Shown: one piece after another, positions 8,476-16,936 of the stretch | How positions within the stretch are numbered: the stretch's first letter is position 1 | How the letters are laid out: each line of letters opens with the position of its first letter | Assembly: GCA_964244895.1 (NCBI GenBank) | Contig: CAXTKV010000059.1 | Location: 1-24,730, forward strand | DNA: 24,730 nucleotides | Source: an uncultured Deinococcales bacterium | GTDB taxonomy: Bacteria > Deinococcota > Deinococci > Deinococcales > JAAFIG01 | Direction: 5' to 3' | Made by a program: the position numbers and the translations under genes | The notes under the pieces: model-generated | The model's input: only the letters and a program-made list of their open reading frames with translations | Told to the model about the DNA's origin: nothing | Database searches by the model: none

Positions 8476-9465
8476 GTGCTTTACCTTCTGCGAAAGCTCG
8501 CGCTGCTTTCACTGACGCTCTGGGCGGCGCTGACCATCAATTTCTTCCTGCCGCGCCTCGTGCCGGGCAACCCGATCGGGGCGATGATCGCCAAGTACCA
8601 GGGGCGGCTCGACCCGAACGCCGCCAAAGCGCTGATGATCGCCTATGGCCTCGAGGGCCACGATAAGAACGTGCTGACCCAGTACGGCGATTACCTGGTG
8701 AAGCTCTCGCACGGCGACCTGGGGCGCTCGATCAGCTTCTTCCCCGCGCCCGTGACCGAGATGATCGGGCAGGCCGCGCCGTGGACCATCGGGCTGGTCG
8801 GGGTCAGCACGGTGCTGTCGTTCCTGCTCGGCTCGGGGCTGGGCGTGTACACCGCCGCCCGGCGCGGCTCGAGGCTGGCGGATTTGCTCGTGCCGGTGTC
8901 GCTGTTTCTGAACTCCGTGCCGTACTTCTGGTTCGCGCTGATCGCGCTGTACCTGTTCGCGTTCCTCTTAGGCTGGTTCCCGCTCGGTGGCGGCGTGGAC
9001 ATCATCACCGGACCGCCGTGGAGCCTGAGCTGGATCGGCTCGATCCTCTCGCACGCCGTTCTGCCGGGCGCGACCATCGTGATCACCGCGATGGGCGGCT
9101 GGCTGATCGCCATGCGTAACAACCTGGTGTCCACGCTCGGCGAGGACTACGTGGCGTTCGCTCGGGCCAAGGGATTAAGCGACTCGACGGTGCTGTACGG
9201 CTACGGCGTGCGCAACGCCATTCTTCCCAGCCTGACGGCCTTCGGGATGGCGCTCGGCTTCGTGCTTGGCGGCTCGATCCTGACCGAGGTGGTCTTCGGC
9301 TACCCCGGCCTGGGGACACTCCTGTACCACTCGGTCACGAGCCTCGACTACCCGCTGATGCAGGCGATCTTTTTGTTCATTTCCCTGGCGGTGCTGGCCG
9401 CGAACTTCCTCGTGGACGCAACCTACACGCTGCTCGACCCTCGAGTGCGCGAAGGGAAGGGCTGA
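8476..9465 (+). CDS. ABC transporter permease (DppB/OppB-like)
   Basis: GAGGT RBS before GTG 8476; 'INFFLPRLVPGNP', 'GDLGRS', EAA-type loop 'EDYVAFARAKGL', ending 'LLDPRVR'. Confidence 0.92.
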   Translation: MLYLLRKLALLSLTLWAALTINFFLPRLVPGNPIGAMIAKYQGRLDPNAAKALMIAYGLEGHDKNVLTQYGDYLVKLSHGDLGRSISFFPAPVTEMIGQAAPWTIGLVGVSTVLSFLLGSGLGVYTAARRGSRLADLLVPVSLFLNSVPYFWFALIALYLFAFLLGWFPLGGGVDIITGPPWSLSWIGSILSHAVLPGATIVITAMGGWLIAMRNNLVSTLGEDYVAFARAKGLSDSTVLYGYGVRNAILPSLTAFGMALGFVLGGSILTEVVFGYPGLGTLLYHSVTSLDYPLMQAIFLFISLAVLAANFLVDATYTLLDPRVREGKG

Positions 9466-9466
9466 G

Positions 9467-11368
9467 ATGGAAACCCTTAAACGCGCCTTTCACGACCGCC
9501 GCGCCGTAGTCGGCGCGGTCATCCTGATCGCGCTGGCGCTGATGGCGTTTCTCGCGCCGCTGCTCGCCCGACACTCGCCGAGTGCGCTCAGCAACGACAC
9601 CTGGCTGCGCCCGAGCAGCGAACACTGGCTGGGCACGACGGCCCTCGGGCAGGACGTGTTCTCACAGCTCGTCTACGGTGCGCAGCTCTCCTTGCTCGTT
9701 GGTCTCGTGACGGGCCTGATCGCTACGGCGATCTCGGTCGTCGTGGGTCTGGCGAGCGCCTTTTTCGGCGGCGTCGTGGACGACCTGCTCGGCGGCATCT
9801 CGAACATCTTTCTGGTGCTGCCGGGTCTGCCGCTGGTGATCGTGGCCGCCGCGTACTTGCGCGTCTCCGGGGTCGTGCCGGTGATCGCGGTGATTTCCTT
9901 GACCGGTTGGGCGTGGGGCGCTCGAGTCCTGCGCTCGCAGGCGCTCTCGTTGCGCAACCGCGACTTCGTGCAAGCCGCCATCGCCAGCGGCGAGGGGCCG
10001 GGGCGCGTGATCTTCGCGGAGATATTGCCCAACATGGTCGGCCTGATCGCCGCGAACTTCTTCGGCGCGGCGCTCTACGCGGTGCTGGCCGAGGCGGGCC
10101 TCGAGTTTCTGGGCGTCGGTGACGTCAGCCAGGTGACGTGGGGCACGATGCTCTATTGGGCACAATCGAGCCAGGCGCTCCTCCAGGGCGCGTGGCCATG
10201 GATCGCCGCGCCGGGCCTGTGCATCGCCGCGCTGGGGACGGCGTTTGCGCTCCTCAACTTCGCCGTGGACGAGGTCGCCAACCCGCGCCTGCGCTCCGAG
10301 CGGGTCGCCGCCGAATCGAAATCCGTACCCCTCGCGCCCGCCGCGCCAGCGCCCGCGTCCGGGCCGGACGCGCCGCTGTTGCACCTGCGCCGGCTCGAGG
10401 CGGGCTACCTGACGGAGAAGGGCACAGTTCGCGCCGTCAAGGACGCGAACCTGACCATGCGGCGCGGCGAGTTCCTGGGGATCGCGGGCGAGTCCGGCTG
10501 CGGCAAGAGCACGCTCGCCTTCGCGATCGCGCGGCTGCTGCGCCCACCCGGCCAGGTTCTCGGCGGCGAAGTCTGGCTCGAGGGCAATGAACTCGTGCGC
10601 CTGCCAGCGGAGGCGATGCGGCAGGTGCGCTGGCGCGACTTCTCGATGGTCTTTCAGGCGAGCATGAACGCCCTCAACCCCGTGATGCGCGTATCTGACC
10701 AGATCGCCGATGCGATGCACGCCCACGGCGTCACCGATCGGAACGTGATCGAAGCTCGAGCGAGGGAACTCTTCGCGCTCGTCGGGATTCGCCCGGAGTA
10801 CCTGAGCGCCTACCCGCACCAGCTTTCCGGCGGCATGAAACAGCGCGTGGTGATCGCCATCGCGCTCGCCCTCGAGCCAAAGCTGATGATCATGGACGAG
10901 CCGACCACTGCGCTGGACGTCGTCGTCCAGCGCTCGATCCTTCAGGAGATCGACGCGGTGCGGCGGCGCTTGAACCTCTCGATCATCTTCATCACGCACG
11001 ACCTGTCCTTGCTGGTCGAGATGTCCGACCGCGTGGCGATCATGTACGCGGGCGAGATCGTCGAGCTGGCCCCGTCGCGCGACCTCTACGCCAACCCGCT
11101 GCACCCGTACACGCGCCGATTGATGAACGCCTTCCCGCCCCTCGAAGGCGAGCGCACGAGGCGCGATGGCATCGCGGGCCGACCGCCGGATCTGGGCCAA
11201 CCAGTCGCGGGCTGCCCGTTCGCGCCGCGCTGCGACCGCGCCATGGCGGGGCTGTGCGAGGTCGTCGCCCCCGTCAGGCTCGAGATCTCGCCTGACCACG
11301 TCGTGGCCTGCCACCTCTACGATCCCGCCGCCATGAAAGCGAGGGAGGCGAGCCATGCGACCGCTTGA
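9467..11368 (+). CDS. Fused ABC permease (DppC-like) and ATP-binding protein (DppD-like)
   Basis: N-half '[15 protein letters not shown]', '[10 protein letters not shown]', 'NPRLR'. An Ala/Pro linker leads to Walker A GESGCGKS, signature LSGGMKQR, Walker B MIMDEPT and the oligo-HPY motif. Confidence 0.92.
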   Translation: METLKRAFHDRRAVVGAVILIALALMAFLAPLLARHSPSALSNDTWLRPSSEHWLGTTALGQDVFSQLVYGAQLSLLVGLVTGLIATAISVVVGLASAFFGGVVDDLLGGISNIFLVLPGLPLVIVAAAYLRVSGVVPVIAVISLTGWAWGARVLRSQALSLRNRDFVQAAIASGEGPGRVIFAEILPNMVGLIAANFFGAALYAVLAEAGLEFLGVGDVSQVTWGTMLYWAQSSQALLQGAWPWIAAPGLCIAALGTAFALLNFAVDEVANPRLRSERVAAESKSVPLAPAAPAPASGPDAPLLHLRRLEAGYLTEKGTVRAVKDANLTMRRGEFLGIAGESGCGKSTLAFAIARLLRPPGQVLGGEVWLEGNELVRLPAEAMRQVRWRDFSMVFQASMNALNPVMRVSDQIADAMHAHGVTDRNVIEARARELFALVGIRPEYLSAYPHQLSGGMKQRVVIAIALALEPKLMIMDEPTTALDVVVQRSILQEIDAVRRRLNLSIIFITHDLSLLVEMSDRVAIMYAGEIVELAPSRDLYANPLHPYTRRLMNAFPPLEGERTRRDGIAGRPPDLGQPVAGCPFAPRCDRAMAGLCEVVAPVRLEISPDHVVACHLYDPAAMKAREASHATA

Positions 11369-12452
11369 ACGACGTTCCCCGACTGACCCCGCCTCGAGTG
11401 GGCGGCTCGAGGCCAGTGGGCCGTCCGAGCCCGTGCTGCGGCTCGAGGGACTCGAGAAGGTCTTCCGCTCGGGTCGCGCAGGCCGCACCGTCAAGGCCGT
11501 GACGGACTTCAACCTCACCATCGCTCGGGGCGAGGTCGTGGGTTTGGTCGGTGAGTCAGGCTCGGGCAAGTCCACGGTGGCGCGGCTCGTGGCGCAGCTT
11601 CACCAGCCCACCAGGGGTACGATCCGGCTCGACGGTCAGGCCCTGCCCCCCCGCCCCGGCGCCCGCGCACTGCTGGCGTACCGCCGCAAGGTTCAGATGA
11701 TCTTCCAGGACCCGTTCTCGAGCCTCAACCCGACGCACACCGTCGGCTACGCGCTCTCGAGGCCGCTCGAGATTCACGGCCTCGTGCGCGGACGACAGAC
11801 CGCGTCTGCCGTGCGCACGCTCCTCGAGCGCGTGGGCCTTTCGCCGAGCGCGAGCTTCGAACACAAGTTCCCGCACGAACTCTCCGGTGGTCAACGCCAG
11901 CGCGTCGGCATCGCGCGGGCGCTCGCGGTGCAACCCGAGTTGATCCTGGCGGATGAGCCGACCTCGATGCTCGACGTCTCGATCCGGCTCGACATCATGA
12001 ACCTGATGCTGGATTTGCGCGACCAGGAGGGCCTCTCGTACCTCTTCATCACGCACGACCTCGCGGGCGCGCGCTACATGAGCGACCGCGTGGCTGTGAT
12101 GTACGCGGGGCACCTCGTGGAGATCGGACCGAGCGCCGGCCTGATCGGCTCGCCCGCGCACCCGTACACGCGCCTTCTGAAGAGCGCCGCTCCGAAGCCC
12201 GAGTCCGGCCTCGAACCGGATCGCGTCGAGGCTCGAGGCGAGGTTCCGGACCTGACCCACCTCCCGCCCGGTTGCCCGTTCGAGCCGCGCTGCCTTCACG
12301 CCCGCGCCGAGTGCCGAACCGGGTTGCCGAGGCTCGTCGAGGTCGCCCCCGGCCACGAGGCGCGTTGCGTGCTCTATTACCCGGAACTGGGTTCGCCAGG
12401 CATCCCGCCGGACGTCAATGTTCGACCCGCAGGCTCAGGAGCGGTGGCCTAA
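11355..12452 (+). CDS. ABC transporter ATP-binding protein (DppF/OppF-like)
   Basis: GESGSGKS, QMIFQDP, LSGGQRQR, ILADEPT, HPYT, and Cys-rich C-terminus GCPFEPRC. Confidence 0.93.
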   Translation: MRPLERRSPTDPASSGRLEASGPSEPVLRLEGLEKVFRSGRAGRTVKAVTDFNLTIARGEVVGLVGESGSGKSTVARLVAQLHQPTRGTIRLDGQALPPRPGARALLAYRRKVQMIFQDPFSSLNPTHTVGYALSRPLEIHGLVRGRQTASAVRTLLERVGLSPSASFEHKFPHELSGGQRQRVGIARALAVQPELILADEPTSMLDVSIRLDIMNLMLDLRDQEGLSYLFITHDLAGARYMSDRVAVMYAGHLVEIGPSAGLIGSPAHPYTRLLKSAAPKPESGLEPDRVEARGEVPDLTHLPPGCPFEPRCLHARAECRTGLPRLVEVAPGHEARCVLYYPELGSPGIPPDVNVRPAGSGAVA

Positions 12453-13756
12453 TGGCGCGCTTGAAGATCGCCTACGTCGGCGGCGGCAGCACCCGCGCCC
12501 CCGGCACGGTCGCGGCCTTGATCGAGCGCGGCGCGGACTTCGCGGGCTCGGAGATCGTGCTGATCGATCTCGAGCCGGAACGCCTCGAGATCGTGCGGAC
12601 CATTGCCGCGAAGATGGTGCGGGTCGCGAGCGTCGACCTGACCATCACCGCGACCACGGACCGCCGCGCGGGCTTGGCGGGCTGCGACGCCGTGCTGACG
12701 AGCTTTCGGCCTGGCGGCTTCGAGGCGAGGCGGCTGGACGAGCGCATCCCGCTTTCGCAGGGCGTGATCGGGCAAGAGACGCAGGGGCCGGGCGGCTTCT
12801 TCATGGCCTTACGCTCGATCCACGTCATGCGCGGCATCGTCGAGGACATCGAGGCCGTCGGTACGCGGGCGCGACTTTTCAATTACACCAACCCCGTCAA
12901 CATCGTTTCGCAGGCGGTGACGCTCCACTCGAGCATCCCGACGGTCTCCCTGTGCGAGGGGCCGCTCGTCTTCCCGTCCGAGCTCGTGCGTGGCGTGGGC
13001 CTCGAGCCGGAGCGCCTGGACACGGTCATGATCGGCCTCAACCACGGCTCGTGGACGGTGCGCCACCTTTACGGCGGCGAGGACCTGATGCCGCACCTCG
13101 AGCAATCCCTCGAGCGCGACCGTGCCGAACCGCGCCTGCCCACGGACACGCGCCGTTGGCTCGAGCTGGCGGTGACGATGGGCTCGATTCCGGCGTCCTA
13201 CATGCGCTATTACTATTTCAAGGATGAGGTTCTTTCTGAACTCCGCGCCAAGCCCACGACCCGCGCCGAGGACATTCTGGCGGACGTGCCCGACTACTGG
13301 GCGCACTACCGCGAACAGGCCGCGTCCGAGCGCCCGGTTCTCGACCCGGCCCGCTCTCGTGGCGGGCTGTTCGAGCTGGAACTGGCGGTGGACGTGATGA
13401 GCGCTGTGTTCAACGATCGCCGCGAAGTCTGGCCCGTCAACGTGCCCAATCGCGGGGCCATCCCCGGCTTCCCGGACGACCTCGTGGTCGAAGTTCCCGG
13501 ATTCTGCGACCGGCACGGCGTCACGCCGCTGACGCAACCGCCGATGCCGCGCCACGTGACGGGCCTCACACAGATGCTCGCCGAGTACCAATGGCTGACC
13601 GCCGAGGCGGCCTGGTGCGGCTCGAGGCGCGACGCGGTGCGTGCGCTGGCCTCGAACCCGCTCGTGATGTCCCTGTCTAAGGCTCAATCGCTCTACGACG
13701 AGATGAGCGCCGCCCACCGCGCCTACTTGCCGCCCAGATTGCTGGACAACCGATGA
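12452..13756 (+). CDS. Glycoside hydrolase family 4 (6-phospho-beta-glucosidase-like)
   Basis: Start coupled to upstream stop (TAATG). Motifs KIAYVGGGS (NAD-binding), DERIP..GVIGQETQGPGG, NYTNP, LC, GLNH, VNVPNRGAI..VVEVP. Confidence 0.9.
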   Translation: MARLKIAYVGGGSTRAPGTVAALIERGADFAGSEIVLIDLEPERLEIVRTIAAKMVRVASVDLTITATTDRRAGLAGCDAVLTSFRPGGFEARRLDERIPLSQGVIGQETQGPGGFFMALRSIHVMRGIVEDIEAVGTRARLFNYTNPVNIVSQAVTLHSSIPTVSLCEGPLVFPSELVRGVGLEPERLDTVMIGLNHGSWTVRHLYGGEDLMPHLEQSLERDRAEPRLPTDTRRWLELAVTMGSIPASYMRYYYFKDEVLSELRAKPTTRAEDILADVPDYWAHYREQAASERPVLDPARSRGGLFELELAVDVMSAVFNDRREVWPVNVPNRGAIPGFPDDLVVEVPGFCDRHGVTPLTQPPMPRHVTGLTQMLAEYQWLTAEAAWCGSRRDAVRALASNPLVMSLSKAQSLYDEMSAAHRAYLPPRLLDNR

Positions 13757-14493
13757 TGGACTCGAGCGCGAACATGCGGATCGTCATCGTGGAGGACGCC
13801 TCCGCGCTCGCCCTCCGGGCAGCCGACTGGATCGCCCTCGAGATCGCCCGCACCCCGAACCTCCTCCTGCTGGCCGCAACCGGGAACACGCCGATGGGCG
13901 CGTATGCAGAACTCGCCTCGCGGCGCTGGGCGGGAACGCTCGAGACCTCGCGCCTGAGGGTCGCCCAGTTGGACGAATACCTCGGCCTACACGACGACGA
14001 TCCGCGCTCGCTCTATCGCTGGCTCGCGACGAGCCTGACTGAGCCACTCGGCGTGACGCCGGACTGGATCGTCCGCTTACACGGAGACGCCGAGGATTCT
14101 GCCGAAGACTGTCGCGCCTTCGATTCGCGCGTCGCTGACTGGGGCGGCATCGATCTGGCGGTCCTCGGTTTGGGTCCGAACGGACACCTGGGCTTCAACG
14201 AGCCGCCGTCCACGCCGGATGCGCCCACGCGAACGGTCGATCTGACCCCCGAAAGCCTCGAGAGCAACGCGCCCTACTGGGGCGGGCTGGAGGTTCCGCG
14301 CCGGGCGCTCACAGCGGGCATGAACCTGATCCTCGCCTCGAGACGCGTGCTGCTCCTCGTCTGCGGTGAGCGCAAGCGCGCCATCCTGCGCCGCGCCATG
14401 CTCGAGCCGCCCACGCCCGACGTGCCCGCCTCGTTGCTACGCGGCACGAACCTGACCGTGATCGCGGATCGCGCGGCCTGGGGTGAGCCGTGA
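13753..14493 (+). CDS. nagB: Glucosamine-6-phosphate deaminase (NagB-like)
   Basis: ATGNTP, QLDEY.GL, GGIDLAVLGLGPNGHLGFNEP, ALTAGM..IL, PASLL; ATGA overlap with the GH4 stop. Confidence 0.85.
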   Translation: MMDSSANMRIVIVEDASALALRAADWIALEIARTPNLLLLAATGNTPMGAYAELASRRWAGTLETSRLRVAQLDEYLGLHDDDPRSLYRWLATSLTEPLGVTPDWIVRLHGDAEDSAEDCRAFDSRVADWGGIDLAVLGLGPNGHLGFNEPPSTPDAPTRTVDLTPESLESNAPYWGGLEVPRRALTAGMNLILASRRVLLLVCGERKRAILRRAMLEPPTPDVPASLLRGTNLTVIADRAAWGEP

Positions 14494-15482
14494 CCGCGCC
14501 CACCGCCTCACTGTTCCTGGGGGTTGACGCGGGCGGTACCAAGACCGTGGCGCTCCTCGCGGATGCCTCGGGACGCGTCGTCGGGGCGGGGCGGGCGGGC
14601 GCGTCTAACATCTACGCCTCGGCGCGCTCGGCGTTCAGGGCGCTGGACCGGGCGGTGGGCGAGGCGCTGGCCTCGGCAGGTGTCGGGCTGAGCCGCGTGG
14701 CCGCGACCTGCCTGAGCGCCACGGGCGCGGACTGGCCGGAAGACTTTGCGCTCCTCGAGCACGGACTTTATGAGCGCGGACACAGCTGTGTGCGCGTGGT
14801 CAACGACGCGATGGGCGCGTTGCGGGCGGGTTCATCGGATGGAACTGGCGTGGTCGTGGTCTGCGGAACCGCCGCCGGGATCGGCGCGAAGTCCCAGAGC
14901 GGTCAGGAGTGGCACTCGAGCTTCTGGCAGGAGCCCGAGGGGGCCGAACAACTCGGACGCGCAGCGTTACGGGCCGTCTATCGGGCGGAACTCGGGCTCG
15001 ACCCGCCAACTTCGCTGACCGCTCGGATGCTCGAAGTTCACGGCGCGATCAGCGTCGAAGCCCTGTTGCACGCGCACACGGCCCGCGACGAGCGTGACAA
15101 ACAGCGCACCGGAAGCCTCGCGCGGTTCCTGCTGGACGAGGCGGCGGGCGGCGACCCGACCGCTCGCAGAATTGCGCTCGACCACGGCACAGCGCTGGGC
15201 GATTACGCGATCACGGCGGCGCGCAAGGTCGGCCTGCTGAACCATCCCTTTGCGCTCGTGACCGCCGGGGGCGTGATGCGTCACCCGTCGCGTCTCATGG
15301 CCGAGGCCCTTTTCGCTCGCGTGTTCGAGGCTGCACCAGGGGCCAAGCTCGTGCATTGCCCGCTCGAGCCGGTGGCGGGTGCGGTGTTTCTCGCCCTCGA
15401 GCGGTCAGGCGCGGTCGTGACGGACGCCGTGCGGGAGAACACGGCCTCGAGCCTGCCGGACGAAGCCCTCTTCCAGACCTGA
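14490..15482 (+). CDS. BadF/BadG/BcrA/BcrD-type sugar kinase (N-acetylglucosamine/glucosamine kinase-like)
   Basis: LGVDAGGTKT, GRAGASN, GAD.PED, VVNDA..ALRAG, VVVCGT; GTGA overlap with the upstream stop. Confidence 0.85.
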   Translation: MTAPTASLFLGVDAGGTKTVALLADASGRVVGAGRAGASNIYASARSAFRALDRAVGEALASAGVGLSRVAATCLSATGADWPEDFALLEHGLYERGHSCVRVVNDAMGALRAGSSDGTGVVVVCGTAAGIGAKSQSGQEWHSSFWQEPEGAEQLGRAALRAVYRAELGLDPPTSLTARMLEVHGAISVEALLHAHTARDERDKQRTGSLARFLLDEAAGGDPTARRIALDHGTALGDYAITAARKVGLLNHPFALVTAGGVMRHPSRLMAEALFARVFEAAPGAKLVHCPLEPVAGAVFLALERSGAVVTDAVRENTASSLPDEALFQT

Positions 15483-15516
15483 CCCGCCAGACCAGAATCA
15501 TCACGCGGAGGAGACC

Positions 15517-16314
15517 GTGAACGGACTCGAATTGAGCAGGCTGTTTGTTTACCCGATCAAATCAGCTCGGGGCATCGAGGTCACGGAAGCCCGCGTCCTC
15601 GAGCGGGGTCTCGAGTACGACCGACGCTTCATGCTCGTCGACGAGGGCGGCAACCTGGCGACCGCGCGCCAGCACCCGAGCTTGCTAACGGTTTCCACCG
15701 CGTTTTCGGCGGACAGCTTGATCATCAGCGCCACCGGAATGCCCGAGTTACGCGTGCCGCTCGAACCGGAGGGTGAGGAGCGACGGGTGCGGGTCTGGTA
15801 CGACTGGATGCCTGGATTGGTCGTCGGTGAGGGCGCGAGCGGCTGGTTCAGCGACTTTCTGAGCGCGCGCCTGCACCTCGTCTGGATGCCGGAGCACTCC
15901 GAGCGTCGCTTGAACCCCGCGTTCGGACCGTCGCGCTTGAGCTTCGCCGACGGTAACCCGTTGCACCTCGTGAGCGAATCGTCGATGGCTGATCTTGAGG
16001 CGCGCGTCGGCGCGGCGGTGGGGGTCGAGCGCTTCCGCCCGAACCTGGTGGTGCGTGGCGCAGAAGCCTACGCAGAGGATCATTGGATGGGCGTGCGGTT
16101 CGGTTTGCTCGAGTTCAAACAGCACGAAGGCTGCGCGCGCTGCATGGTGGTGAATCTCGAGCCGACGAGTGGACGAATCGGTCTGGAACCACTTCGGACG
16201 CTGGCGCGCTACCGTCGTCAAGGCAAGGCCGTGCTGTTCGGACAGCACCTGCACGCGCTGAATGGCGGTTTGCTGCGTGTGGGCCAACGCGGGATCGCCG
16301 TCGGTGAAACTTGA
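15517..16314 (+). CDS. MOSC domain protein (YcbX-like, MOSC_N + MOSC)
   Basis: GGAGG RBS; YPIKS.RG, GLEYDRRFML, SFADG.P, ERFRPNLVV, AEDHW, conserved CARC. Confidence 0.9.
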   Translation: MNGLELSRLFVYPIKSARGIEVTEARVLERGLEYDRRFMLVDEGGNLATARQHPSLLTVSTAFSADSLIISATGMPELRVPLEPEGEERRVRVWYDWMPGLVVGEGASGWFSDFLSARLHLVWMPEHSERRLNPAFGPSRLSFADGNPLHLVSESSMADLEARVGAAVGVERFRPNLVVRGAEAYAEDHWMGVRFGLLEFKQHEGCARCMVVNLEPTSGRIGLEPLRTLARYRRQGKAVLFGQHLHALNGGLLRVGQRGIAVGET

Positions 16315-16494
16315 GCACCAGCTTCGACCTGGACTCTCGGCGCGGATCGGCGTAGATCAACACCTCTGATTGGTTTAACCGCGCAACAAACTCGACTGCT
16401 TGGTGGCTCTCAAGAGCGTGCGCTGGACGGTGTTCTCGAGCGAACCTTGATGGCTCGCCCTTGAGGCTCGTGATCGGCGCCCGTGCGCTCCCGC

Positions 16495-16617
16495 TCGCCG
16501 GTGCGGTGGGCGCACGTCAATATGCTCGGGCGGTACGAGTTCTCGCTCTCGGAGGTGGTGGCTGGGGGTGATCTCAGGCCGCTACGCGACCCGGATTTCG
16601 TGCAGTTCGTAGGTTAG
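16495..16617 (+). mobile_element. Tn3-family transposase extreme C-terminal remnant
   Basis: Translates SPVRWAHVNMLGRYEFSLSEVVAGGDLRPLRDP..*, matching the Tn3 TnpA C-terminus (SP..H.NMLGRY.F....G.LRPLR). Upstream sequence is broken by stops. Confidence 0.8.
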
Positions 16618-16844
16618 GCGGCCCGATTGGGGGAGCTATCAGCCGCGACATCACCGTCGGGGTTCTCAGGTGCGGCTGATGCCCGTTGGTCTATCGGTTG
16701 CGGTCGCTCGGGACGGATGAGGTCCAACGTGCCGTGACTCCTCGAGCAAACGGCCCCGGCGAGCTGCCCGAGCGCCTCTTCAGTGTGCGCGAGATAGCGC
16801 AACCACTTTCGTAGGGAGAAACGAGCCGTCACCCACGGGATCAA
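16614..16844 (-). CDS. Possible small hypothetical protein divergent from the regulator
   Basis: AGGAGG 5 nt before the TTG start; no family recognised. Confidence 0.3.
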   Translation of the reverse strand: MIPWVTARFSLRKWLRYLAHTEEALGQLAGAVCSRSHGTLDLIRPERPQPIDQRASAAPENPDGDVAADSSPNRAA

Positions 16845-16936
16845 TCTCTCCTCCTGAACAAGAAAGAAAGCCGGGGCTTATGATCGTATCATTCGCCCCC
16901 GACCGGGCCGTCGCAGCATTCAGATGACTCCGTGAG

